From an uncultured Acidobacteriota bacterium (GTDB lineage Bacteria; Acidobacteriota; Vicinamibacteria; Vicinamibacterales; UBA2999), in assembly GCA_963773045.1 (NCBI GenBank), contig CAVYZT010000015.1, positions 8,444-72,443 on the forward strand: 64,000 nt of DNA, read 5' to 3'. A program made the translations under genes and the position numbers. Below the pieces are notes generated by a model that worked only from the letters and a program-made list of their open reading frames with translations, searched no databases and was not told the DNA's origin. Shown here piece by piece: positions 48,705 to 58,888 of this stretch (the first letter of the stretch is position 1; each line of letters starts with the position of its first letter).

Positions 48705-50442
48705 ATGCTGAAACTGTTTCGTCTCATCACGCCCTATCGCGGCTACGTCGCGATTGTCCTGGTGCTGGCCCTCGCGCAATCGATCGGCTTTCTGCTGCTG
48801 CCGCGATTGATGTCGGACATCGTCGACAAGGGCATCGTGAAGGGCGATCAGCGCGCGATTCTCGAGATCGGCGGCCTGATGCTGCTGATGTCGATCGTCG
48901 CCACGCTCTGCGCCATCGCCGGGAGCTACTTACTCGTCGAAGGTGGCGACCGGCTTCGGACGGATTCTGCGCGGCGCGATCTTCGCGCGCGTCGAACACT
49001 TTTCGATCCACCAGTTCGACCGCTTCGGCTCGGCGTCGCTGGTGACGCGGACGACCAACGACACGACGCAGGTGCAGCAGATGCTCATCATGCTGCTGAC
49101 CATGGTGATTACCGCGCCGATGATGGCGATCGGCGGCGTGATCCTGGCGCTGTCGCAGGACACGCAGCTGGCGTGGGTGCTCATCGCCGTCATGCCGGTG
49201 ATGGCGCTGGTCTTCGGGCTGATCATGCGCGGCGCGATGCCGTTGTCGCAGGCGATGCAGGCCAAGATCGACCGCCTGAACCTGGTGCTCGGCGAAGGGT
49301 TGAGCGGCGTCCGCGTGATCCGCGCCTTCGATCGCGGCGCGCACCAGCGCGAGCGATTCGATCAGGCGAATCTCGATCTGACGAACACCGCGATCGCGGT
49401 GAACCGCCTGATCGCGTTCCTCATGCCCGCGCTCATCGTGATGCTGAACCTCACGAGCATCGCGATCATCTGGTTCGGCAGCCACCGGATCGACGCAGGG
49501 CACGATGCAGGTGGGCGCGATGATCGCGTCGCTGCAGTACGCGATGCAGATCCTGTTCGCCGTGTTCATGGTCACCGCCATGTTCGTGATGCTGCCGCGC
49601 GCGTCGGCGTCGGCCGCACGCATCAACGAAGTGCTGGACGTGGCGCCGGAGATCGTCGATCCGGCGAGGCCGCGTGCAGCCGCAGCTGGCCGCGCAAACG
49701 CGGTCACGTCGAGTTCCAGAACGTGACCTTTCAGTATCCGGGCGCCGAGGAACCGGCGCTCACCGGCGTGTCGTTCACGGCGCATCCGGGCGAGGTCACC
49801 GCGATCATCGGCGGCACCGGCTCGGGGAAGTCGACGCTCGCGGGACTGATTCCGCGGTTCTACGACGTCAACCAGGGGCGCGTGCTGGTGGACGGCGTCG
49901 ACGTCCGCGAGATGACGCAGGCGGATCTGCGCGCGCGGATCGGCTTCGTCCCGCAGAAGGCGGTGCTCTTCACCGGAACGGTGGCCGCGAACATCCGCTA
50001 CGGCCGCGAGGACGCGTCCGACGAGGAGGTCCGCCACGCGGCGACGGTCGCGCAGGCGATCGAGTTCATCGAGGCGATGCCGGAGACGTTCGCGTCGCCG
50101 ATCTCGCAGGGCGGCATCAATCTCTCGGGCGGACAGAAGCAGCGGCTCGCGATTGCGCGCGCGATCGTGCGGCAGCCGGACGTCTACGTCTTCGACGACA
50201 GCTTCTCGGCGCTGGACTTCGCGACCGACGCGAGGCTGCGCGCCGCGCTCAAGGGCGAAACCGCGAACGCCACCGTCTTCGTCGTCGCCCAGCGCATCAG
50301 CACCGTCATCAACGCCGACCGCATCGTCGTCCTCGACAACGGCCGCGTGGCCGGCATCGGCACGCACGCCGAGCTGCTCGAGAAGAGCGAGATCTACCGC
50401 GAGATTGTGGCGTCGCAGGTCTCGCTCGAGGAGGTCGCATGA
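48705..50442 (+). pseudogene. ABC transporter permease/ATPase (MsbA-like half transporter), at least 3 frameshifts as assembled
   Basis: The TMD is split between frames 48423.., 48943.. and 49505... The NBD is intact (GGTGSGKST, LSGGQKQRLAIARA, VFDDSFSALD). Confidence 0.8.
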
Positions 50443-52363
50443 GCGACCCACGGCCCAGGGCCCACGGCCGCGCCGGCGCAGCCGCACCGCGCCGCCGCCG
50501 CGGACATGTTCGGCCGCCGCCGGCTGATCGGCGGACTCGGCATGCCGACGCAGAAGGCGAAGAACTTCAAGGGCACGCTGGTCCGGCTGCTCGGCTACCT
50601 GCGTCCGCATCGCGCGGGCCTGGTCGTGGTGATCCTGGCCGGGCGCGATCGGCACCGTCTTCAGCGTGCTCGGTCCGAAGATTCTCGGCCTGGCGACGAC
50701 GAAGATCTTCGAAGGGTTCGTCGCGAAGGCGATGCGCGTGCCCGGCGCCGCGATCGATTTCGACTACGTCGGACGCATCCTGCTCGGGCTGATTGGCCTG
50801 TACATCGTCGGCAACGCCTTTCAGTACCTGATGCAGTACCTGATGGCGAACATCGCGCAGAAGACGGTCTACGCGATGCGCCGGGAGGTCGAGGCGAAGT
50901 TCGACCGGTTGCCGTTGAAGTTCTTCGATTCGCGGACCCGCGGGGAAGTGATGAGCCGCGCGGTGAACGATCTGGACAGCATCAGCGGGACGCTGCAGCA
51001 GAATCTGACGCAGCTGCTGACGTCGGCGCTGACGCTGATCGGCGTCATCGTCATGATGCTGACGATCAGCTGGATTCTGACGATCGTCGATCGTCCTCAC
51101 GCTGCCGCTCAGCATCGTCGTGGTCGCGCGCATCGCGAAGCGGTCGCAGCCGTTCTTCATGAAGCAGCAGATGGCGCTCGGCGCGCTGAACGGCCATGTC
51201 GCCGAGATGTACGGCGGCCACACGATCGTCACCGCGTTCGGCCACGAACGGAAGTCGGTGGCGACGTTCGACGACGCTGAACGAGAACTACTACGACGGC
51301 GCGTGGCGCGCGCAGTTCGTGAGCGGCATCATCATGCCGACGATGATGTTCGTCGGCAACCTCGGCTACGTGCTGGTCGCGGTGATCGGCGGCGTGCTCG
51401 TGACCCGCCGATCGATTGCCATCGGCGACGTGCAGGCGTTCATTCAGTACGGCCGTCAGTTCTCGATGCCGATCACGCAGTTGAGCGGCATCGCGAACAC
51501 GATTCAGCTGACGATCGTGTCGGCCGAGCGCGTGTTCGAGTTGCTGGACGAGCCGGAAGAAACGCCGGATGCGCGGGAACGCGACGGTGATTGCCAGCCC
51601 GCGCGGCGCCGTGCAGTTCGACGCGGTGAGCTTCAGGTACAAGGAGGCCGTGCCGCTCATCGACGACATGTCGCTCGACATCGCGCCCGGGCAGATGATC
51701 GCGATCGTCGGCCCGACCGGTGCCGGCAAGACGACGCTCGTGAACCTGCTGATGCGCTTCTACGACGTCGACAGCGGCGCGATTCGCGTGGACGGCGTGG
51801 ACATCCGCGAGCTGAAGCGCGGCGCGCTGCGGCGCATGTTCGGCATGGTGCTCCAGGACACGTGGCTGTTCTCCGGCACGATTCGCGAGAACATCGCCTA
51901 CGGGCGCGAGAACGCGAGTGACGACGCCGATCGTGAAGGCGGCGAAGGCGGCGCAGGCGGACCATTTCATCCGGACGCTGCCCGAGAACTACAGACACGC
52001 CAATCAACGAGGAGGCGAGCAACCTGTCGCGAGGGGCAGAAACAGCTGCTGACGATTGCGCGCGCGTTCCTCGCCGATCCGGCGATCCTGATTCTCGACG
52101 AGGCCACGAGCAGCGTGGACACGCGCACCGAAGTGCTGATTCAGCGCGCCATGGGCGAGCTGATGCGCGGCCGGACGACGTTCGTCATCGCGCACCGGCT
52201 GTCGACGATTCGCAACGCGGACGTGATTCTGATGATGGAACACGGCCGGATCGTCGAGAAGGGCACGCATCACGAGCTGCTCGCGGCCAAGGGCCGCTAC
52301 GCCGAGCTGTATCAGAGTCAGTTCGCCGGGCGGGCCGCTCAGTCCGTCTCCCTCGTGTCGTAG
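50439..52363 (+). pseudogene. ABC transporter permease/ATPase (partner half transporter), at least 6 frameshifts as assembled
   Basis: ATGA overlap with the upstream gene. Collinear pieces in 50506.., 50666.., 51120.., 51196.. and 51569... Motifs GPTGAGKTT, QGQKQLLTIARA and ILDEATSSVD are present. Confidence 0.8.
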
Positions 52364-52494
52364 CGATCGCGAACCGCACCAACAACATGAAGACACCCGC
52401 CGGCTGTGTGAAGAAGATCGCCGCGCTGGTCGCCATGCTCGCGCGCGGCGAGACGATCGTTCCGGAACGGCCCGGGCGTCGGATTCTCGGAGAC

Positions 52495-52611
52495 TAGACC
52501 CGGAGTTCTCCGGAGTTCACTTGAGTCGAGTCCGCAGGGCGCCACTTTAGTGGCGCCTCAATGGCAGGACTAAAGTCCTGCCCTACGTCAACTCAAGTGA
52601 GCTCAGGTCTA
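52495..52611. other. Nested palindromic element (outer stem enclosing two perfect 20-bp hairpins) between convergent genes
   Basis: TCACTTGAGT (52517-26) pairs with ACTCAAGTGA (52591-600). GGCGCCACTTTAGTGGCGCC is at 52538-57 and GGCAGGACTAAAGTCCTGCC at 52563-82. An outer TAGACC/GGTCTA pair lies at 52495/52606. Confidence 0.7.
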
Positions 52612-53678
52612 AGCCAGCACGGTCAGGCATTCGCGGCGTTGGCGTTGGCGGAACGCGTGAGGTGTTTCCAAGTTCCATCGCCTGAATGCTCTGGTGAAGG
52701 CGGCGGCTCCGAATAGCCAAGCAGGTACGCGACCTCGCCGATCGATAGCGGCGAGTCGGTGAGGTATCGCTCTGCCGCGTCCTTGCGTGCCAAGTCGAGC
52801 AGCTCCTGGTACGACGCACCGGCAGCCGCAAGGCGCCGCTGGAGTGACCGCGCTGACGTCGCAAGGGTCTGAGCGATCGCCTGGATGCGCGTGTCGCCGC
52901 CGCCGATGCGCGACGATAATACTCGGCGCACATCATGAACCACATTCTCCATGAGAGGCAGGTGCGCGATGGCCGCGTCAGCCTGTCGCTGGAGCAAACC
53001 GCCCAAGGCGGGGTCGCGTCGCCGGAGCGGCAGTTGACACGTGGCGCGCGACAGTGCCCACCCGTTCCAGGACGCTCTGGTGTGCACCCGACAACCGAGC
53101 ACGCGTTCGAACTCGGCAACATCATCCGGCTCGTGACAGAAGCTTGCGTAGGCGGCGCGAAACCGGTTTTCAGTTTCCTCACGAAAGTGGAGCACGTTGA
53201 GCGTAACGGTGAACTCGGCCGAGAGTGGGGCGTTGCAATCTTCGAGTAGGACCCGAATCGGGTCCTCGTCCTCCCGAATGGTGGGAACGGCTCGAGCCTC
53301 GGCGAGACGAAGATAGCGCGCGAGGCGCGTCAGCCCCTCGCCAACGTTCTCGGACGTTGCGATCAAGTAATCGATCAGCGGGAACGCTCCGAGCGGCGTC
53401 ACCGTGGCCAGCCGCATGCCCGGATTCTTCATCGGTCGCTGCTCGAGGGCTCGGCGCAAGAGTGGGTCCCAGACCGTACGCGGTATGCGGGCGTCCGGGT
53501 CATCCAGATCCGCGCGACGGATCCCCGCGTTGGCCAGGAGGGGTGTCATGCAGTAGTCCAGCCGTTCGAGCGCATGGACGAAGACGCGTACACTCCCCGC
53601 GGGGTAGGACGGCCGGGCGGCGCCGGTTTGGTCCCGCGTCATGGCGCGCTTTGTCAAGCCATCGGCGCGTACGGTCAT
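52609..53678 (-). pseudogene. AraC-family transcriptional regulator, single frameshift ~25 codons before the end
   Basis: The HTH is ...IGEVAYLLGYSEP. The canonical end AFTRAFRRWNLETPHAFRQRQ is in the next frame after the GCCGCCGCC run near 52690-52698. Confidence 0.75.
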
Positions 53679-53739
53679 GGTCGGGGAAGGTCCTCAGCTG
53701 TAACGATTGTCCCATGCAGAGCCTTTTCCGGCTCGGACC

Positions 53740-55095
53740 ATGACGACGCAGTCCACCTATGACGTCGTGATTGTTGGCGCTCGATGCGCTGGCGCCACAC
53801 TCGCAACGTTCCTCGCCAGATCCGGGGCTTCCGTCTTACTCCTGGACAAGGATCGAGTTCCGAGCGACCAGATTCTGTCGACTCACACCATCCATCCGCC
53901 AGGTCTCGACGTGCTCGACCTCGTTGGTGTTGGCAACGCAGTCAGGGCGGTAGCGCCGCCGACGCACATCGTGCGGTTGCGAAAGAACGACGCCGTCGTT
54001 GACTATGGGTTTTCCGACGGCCGAGCGGAGTACTGCCCCCGGCGAAAGCGGCTCGACGGGCTCTTGCAGGATGCGGCGGCGTCTGCTGGCGTTGAGGTTC
54101 GTGACCGAACACGAGTGACCTCACTGGTACGAGACGGAGACCGCGTGGTCGGAGTCCGCGCCTCTGGGCCTTCGGGTCAAGAGCACGTGTTCCGGGCCGG
54201 TCTGGTTGTCGGCGCCGACGGACGTCATTCCACCGTCGCACGCCAGGTCGAGGCTGAGGAGTACCTCGCATACGACGGGCCGCGAGCGATGTTCTGGGGC
54301 TATTGGAATGCTCCCGCGTTCTGGCGAAGCGATTCGGCATACCGATTTGGGATGTACCTCGCAAATACCGACGGTCACATCCGCGTCATCTTTCAGACCG
54401 ATCACGACCAGCTGCTGATTGGTAGCCTTCCCCCGGTTGACCTGGCGATGGTGTGGCGAATCGATCCGGACGCCGCTCTGATCGCCGATCTGGCCTCCGA
54501 TTCCACAACCGGTCCGCTGATCGCCGGCTCGGCGCCAGATGGACGTATCCGAGGCACCGTGAAGGAACGGTATTTTTTCCGCAGCGCAGCCGGAAGCGGG
54601 TGGGCGTTGGTGGGCGACGCGGGTCATCACAAAGAGTTCGTCATTGGCGACGGCATCACGGAGGCGCTCCTCCAGGCACGCAGCCTGGCCTCGGCGATCG
54701 GGCAGGGAACCGACGCAGCGTTGCATCGGTGGTGGCGGGCACGCGACGTCGAGGCCCTGCCGCTCTTTTTCCTCGGACAGGACGAAGGGTCGTTGGGGCC
54801 TCCGATGGAGCTTCAACAAGTCGTCTTTTCTCGTGCGGCGAAGGCGCCCACACTCACGGCGCGGATCGCGGCCACAATGGAGCACCAGCTCTCGCCCCAG
54901 GCGACGTTCCCCGTTCACCAGGTGCTGTGGTGGACGCTCGGGGCCGCGTTCCGAGGAAGGTGGAAGGTCGTGCCAGAGTTCATCGCGATGGCGAGACGGG
55001 GATCGGGGATCGACCGGGAGCTGCGTCTTCGTCGACGACTTCTCGCGGCGGCTGAGTCCGAAGCGAACCGTCGCGACTCACGCGATGATGTGTAG
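53740..55095 (+). CDS. FAD-dependent monooxygenase/oxidoreductase
   Basis: YDVVIVGARCAGATLATFLARSGASVLLLDKD and GDAGHHKEFVIGDG. Confidence 0.75.
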   Translation: MTTQSTYDVVIVGARCAGATLATFLARSGASVLLLDKDRVPSDQILSTHTIHPPGLDVLDLVGVGNAVRAVAPPTHIVRLRKNDAVVDYGFSDGRAEYCPRRKRLDGLLQDAAASAGVEVRDRTRVTSLVRDGDRVVGVRASGPSGQEHVFRAGLVVGADGRHSTVARQVEAEEYLAYDGPRAMFWGYWNAPAFWRSDSAYRFGMYLANTDGHIRVIFQTDHDQLLIGSLPPVDLAMVWRIDPDAALIADLASDSTTGPLIAGSAPDGRIRGTVKERYFFRSAAGSGWALVGDAGHHKEFVIGDGITEALLQARSLASAIGQGTDAALHRWWRARDVEALPLFFLGQDEGSLGPPMELQQVVFSRAAKAPTLTARIAATMEHQLSPQATFPVHQVLWWTLGAAFRGRWKVVPEFIAMARRGSGIDRELRLRRRLLAAAESEANRRDSRDDV

Positions 55096-55282
55096 CGTTA
55101 TCGGAATAGATCGTTGGTGACGCCCGTCGGGAACAACGGAGCCAGCAGTTCCCCTTTCAACGCGCCTCTCGCCGCTGCAGACACTCGTTGCACGACTTCG
55201 TCCGAGTACTACGTTTTGTGTCCTTACGAATTCCTTAGCTCTCCTTCCCCCCTTTTTACGCGCGGTTCGGCAAACTGGGGTA

Positions 55283-55540
55283 TTGCTTGAGGCTTCACAG
55301 GCGGGCGCTAGCGCGACCCGGCTCGCCCAGTTGTCGTCCCATCCCCGCAGCAGCCTGGCCGTCCTGTCGCTCGGCGCCCTGGGTGTCGTCTACGGCGACA
55401 TCGGCACGAGCCCGCTCTACGCGCTGCGTGAGTGTCTTCACGGCGTCCACGGCATCGCGCCGACTCGCGACAACGTGCTCGGCGTGCTCTCGCTGATCTT
55501 CTACTCGCTCACCTTCATCATCTCGATGGTCGAGCTGTAG
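55283..55540 (+). pseudogene. kup: 5' fragment (~85 codons) of a KUP/HAK potassium transporter gene
   Basis: LGALGVVYGDIGTSPLYALRECL...LSLIFYSLTFIIS matches the Kup N-terminus, then stops. Full-length Kup is several-fold longer. Confidence 0.7.
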
Positions 55541-55572
55541 CGAACTGGAAGCCGGACGTATGATGCCAGCAC

Positions 55573-58053
55573 GTGGCTGCGCTCTGGAGCGACGTGCGAT
55601 ACGCCGTCAGGACCTGGCTGAAGTCGCCTGCCTTCGCGTTGACGGCCGTTGCCACCATCACGTGCGGCGTCGGAGCGATGACGGCGGTCTTCGCCCTCGT
55701 CAACGCCGTCCTCCTGAGACCACTACCGTATCCCGACGCTGAACGCGTGATCGTTTTGCTCAATGCGTCGCGGGGACAGGCATCGCGGAGTCCCCTGGTC
55801 TCAGCGCCACGCGTGCGGGCGTGGCGGGAACACGCTCAGGGCATTGGCGAGGTGGCCGTCTACTCGCTTGGCCCGGCGGTGAACGTCGCTGTCGCCGGTA
55901 CACCGCGTCACGTCATCGCCGGACACGTCACGGCAAGCTTCTTTTCGCTCTTCGGCGCTCGCCTGGCCCGGGGCCGTGCCTTCAGCGCTGATGAGGATCG
56001 GCCAGGACAATCTCGCGTCGCCGTTGTGAGTCACGCCTTGTGGCAGAGCCAGTTTCGCGGCGACGATGCCATCGTCGGTCAATCGATCTCCGTCAACGGG
56101 GAACCCGCAACGGTGGTGGGCGTGCTCGACGATCGATTCGATGCTCGCTCCCTGGCGCCGGATGTCGTGACACCGCCGGAGATCTGGCTGCCCCTACAGC
56201 TCGAACCCGAGACCAGAAACGACGCGAACAACCTGTTGGCGGCGGCTCGCCTGAATGCTGGTGTGTCCCTCGAGGTGGCGCGGCAACAGGCGCGCGCGGC
56301 GGCGGATGGCTTTCGCGCGGCCTTTCCTGGTGAGTTGCCATCTGAGGCCAGCTTCACTGTTGCGCCGCTCGAATCCATCGTGGTTGGCGACGTGCGCCAA
56401 TCGCTGTTGATGCTGCTCGCCGCTGTCGGCCTCGTCGCCCTTCTGGTCTCAGCGAATACGGCGAACCTCTTTCTCGCTCGCGCGTCGGCGCGCCGGAGGG
56501 AATTTGCCGTTCGGCTCGCCTTTGGAGCCACTCGCGCGCGTCTCGTCCGGCAACTGTTGACCGAAAGCCTCATGTTGTCGGCGATCGGCGGCCTGGTGGG
56601 CGCCGCGTTGGGAATACTCGCAGTCCGGCTCCTTCTCCAACTCGAAGTGGTCCAGATTCCTCGCGTCGGTTCGGTTGGGGTAGCCGACGCAGTCGACCTC
56701 CGTGTGCTGATGTTCGTCACGACGACCGTGGTTGCCGTTGGCGTGGCATTCGGACTCGCCCCAGCGGCAAGCGCGGCTCGCATCGATGCGAATGTCGAAC
56801 GCGATCTGAGGCGCGGCCCGCGCGGCGGCGCCAGAGGTGGCCAGCGGCGCGCGCAGGCGTTCCTCCTCGTTGGGGAAGTGGCAGTGGCGTGCGTGCTGGC
56901 CATCGGTGCCTCTCTCCTGATGCGGAGCCTTGCGCGCCTCCAGCGTGTCGACCCCGGATTCGAGCGCCGCGGCGTGTTGACGATGCAAACGGCATCCGGT
57001 GACCGCCGCATGGCTTCGTCGGCAGAAGCGATTCGTGTATTTCGGAACGGCCTGCGGCGTCTGACCGAACTGCCCGGCGTCGAATCGGCGGCTGTATCGC
57101 TGACGGGCGTCCCGCTGGCACAGGGCGGTGCTCTCCGGGTCGACGTGGTCGGCCGCCAGATGGATCGGCAGTACGTCGCCAATTGGGATCTGATCTCGCC
57201 GCAGTATTTCGACGTGTTCGGGATCCGCTTGATTCGCGGCCGCCTGCTCGACGATCGCGATGAGCGCGGAATGGCGCCGGTCGCGATCATCAACGAGGCC
57301 ATGGCGCAACTGTGGTGGCCCGACCAGGATCCGCTCGGCCAGCGAATTCTGATCGGAAAGGGCGGGGGACCCGCGTTCGAGGAGAGCGTCCCGCGGGAAA
57401 TCGTCGGCGTGGTTGCCAGCGTGCGGCAGTTCGGTCTCGACCGGGCCGCACGCCCTGGCGTCTACGTGCCGATCGCCCAGATGGCCGATGCGCAGATGCC
57501 GTTCATCAATCGTCTCAGTGCGCCGGCGACATGGGCGGTGCGGACCTCGCTCGACGCCTCTGCGATGGCGACCACCGTCGAGCGCGAACTGCTGAACATC
57601 ACCGCCTTGCCGGCGGCCGAGGTCCGCACGATGGACGACGTGTTCGCCGCCGCGACCGCCCCGATGGCGCAGAACGCGTGGCTGATGTCCGCGTTTGGCG
57701 GGCTCGCACTGCTGATTGCCGTCCTGGGCGTTCACGCCGTCGCGTCGTATTCGGTGCAGCAGCGAACGCACGAGCTGGGTGTGCGGCGCGCGCTCGGTGC
57801 GCAGGCGTCACAGATGCGCGGCATGGTCGTGTGGGAGAGCCTCCGGGTCGTACTCGCCGGCACGATCGTGGGGATGGCCGCAGCCGTCGGGCTCGCGAGA
57901 CTGCTGACGACGTTGCTGTTTGGAGTTGCGGCTTACGACTGGCTCGCTTTTACCGTTGTTCCTGTCACGCTGGTGGCCTCGGCGCTGGGCGGCGTCTACC
58001 TTCCAGCTCGTCGTGCGTCAACCGTGGATCCGGTCGTCGCGCTTCGCGAGTGA
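55573..58053 (+). CDS. ADOP-family duplicated FtsX/MacB-type permease
   Basis: N-terminus WSDVRYAVRTWLKSPAFALTAV. Two MacB_PCD plus FtsX modules. 826 aa, intact. GTG start. Confidence 0.85.
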   Translation: MAALWSDVRYAVRTWLKSPAFALTAVATITCGVGAMTAVFALVNAVLLRPLPYPDAERVIVLLNASRGQASRSPLVSAPRVRAWREHAQGIGEVAVYSLGPAVNVAVAGTPRHVIAGHVTASFFSLFGARLARGRAFSADEDRPGQSRVAVVSHALWQSQFRGDDAIVGQSISVNGEPATVVGVLDDRFDARSLAPDVVTPPEIWLPLQLEPETRNDANNLLAAARLNAGVSLEVARQQARAAADGFRAAFPGELPSEASFTVAPLESIVVGDVRQSLLMLLAAVGLVALLVSANTANLFLARASARRREFAVRLAFGATRARLVRQLLTESLMLSAIGGLVGAALGILAVRLLLQLEVVQIPRVGSVGVADAVDLRVLMFVTTTVVAVGVAFGLAPAASAARIDANVERDLRRGPRGGARGGQRRAQAFLLVGEVAVACVLAIGASLLMRSLARLQRVDPGFERRGVLTMQTASGDRRMASSAEAIRVFRNGLRRLTELPGVESAAVSLTGVPLAQGGALRVDVVGRQMDRQYVANWDLISPQYFDVFGIRLIRGRLLDDRDERGMAPVAIINEAMAQLWWPDQDPLGQRILIGKGGGPAFEESVPREIVGVVASVRQFGLDRAARPGVYVPIAQMADAQMPFINRLSAPATWAVRTSLDASAMATTVERELLNITALPAAEVRTMDDVFAAATAPMAQNAWLMSAFGGLALLIAVLGVHAVASYSVQQRTHELGVRRALGAQASQMRGMVVWESLRVVLAGTIVGMAAAVGLARLLTTLLFGVAAYDWLAFTVVPVTLVASALGGVYLPARRASTVDPVVALRE

Positions 58054-58126
58054 CGGCAGCCAGGTGTTGGTCGATCCGCGATGACCAGACCGTACCGCCG
58101 TGTTCGTCGCGGTAGTATGTCTCCTC

Positions 58127-58693
58127 ATGAAGCCATCCGATTGCATTCTCTTCAGCGGCGGCGCCCCGGGAGCCGAGTCGTGCTTCGGCGAGTGCGCCGA
58201 GCGATACGGCATCGAGGAAGTCAACTTCACCTTTGACGGTCATCACATCGAGCGGCGCCGCGGCATTCGGGTCCTCAATCACGAAGAGCTCCTGACTGGA
58301 GACGTCAGCCTCGAGTACGTCTCGCGCCTGATGCACCGGCGTTTTGCCGAAGGCCCGATGATCCGCAAGATCCTGCAGACCCTCTGGTACCAGGTCAACC
58401 ACGGCCAGGAGATTTTCGTCGTCGGGACGATCGTGGACGACGATACGGTTCGAGGCGGCACCGGGTGGGGCGCCGAGTTCGCCAAGCTCTGCAACAAGCC
58501 CCTGTTCGTGTTCGATCAGGAGCGCGATGGATGGTTTGCCTGGAGTGGATCGGACTGGGCGAGCGCGACCGGTACGGCCGCTCCCATGATCGCCCACCCG
58601 CACTTCACCGGCACCGGCACCAGGAACCTGCGCGAGAACGGGCGCCGGGCGATCGAACAGCTCTTCGAGGGCTCTGGGTTCGGCGTGCGCTGA
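58127..58693 (+). CDS. Hypothetical protein, possibly SLOG (Smf/DprA-LOG-like) Rossmann fold
   Basis: ILFSGGAPGAES near the N-terminus and RGGTGWGAEFAKLCNKPLFVF later on. The assignment rests on motif resemblance only. Confidence 0.4.
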   Translation: MKPSDCILFSGGAPGAESCFGECAERYGIEEVNFTFDGHHIERRRGIRVLNHEELLTGDVSLEYVSRLMHRRFAEGPMIRKILQTLWYQVNHGQEIFVVGTIVDDDTVRGGTGWGAEFAKLCNKPLFVFDQERDGWFAWSGSDWASATGTAAPMIAHPHFTGTGTRNLRENGRRAIEQLFEGSGFGVR

Positions 58694-58800
58694 TCGACCC
58701 TCGCAGGGCTGCGCGGCTGGCACGGCCTCTGCGCTTCACTCCTCGCTTCTTTGACACGGCTCCGGTTTTCCTGAGGCAAATGGCTCGTCTCGGCATCGAG

Positions 58801-58820
58801 GCTCACGACATGTCGTGAGC
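58801..58820. promoter_or_regulatory. Perfect 20-bp palindrome (core TCACGACATGTCGTGA), candidate operator upstream of htrA
   Basis: GCTCACGACATGTCGTGAGC, about 70 nt upstream of the htrA start. The same 16-bp core recurs at 61916-61931. Confidence 0.55.
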
Positions 58821-58888
58821 AAGGATGCGGAGCGGCGGTTGCGGTCGTGTCATCGGCGTATGAACCCTCGTGCGAGGAGTGACCCGTG

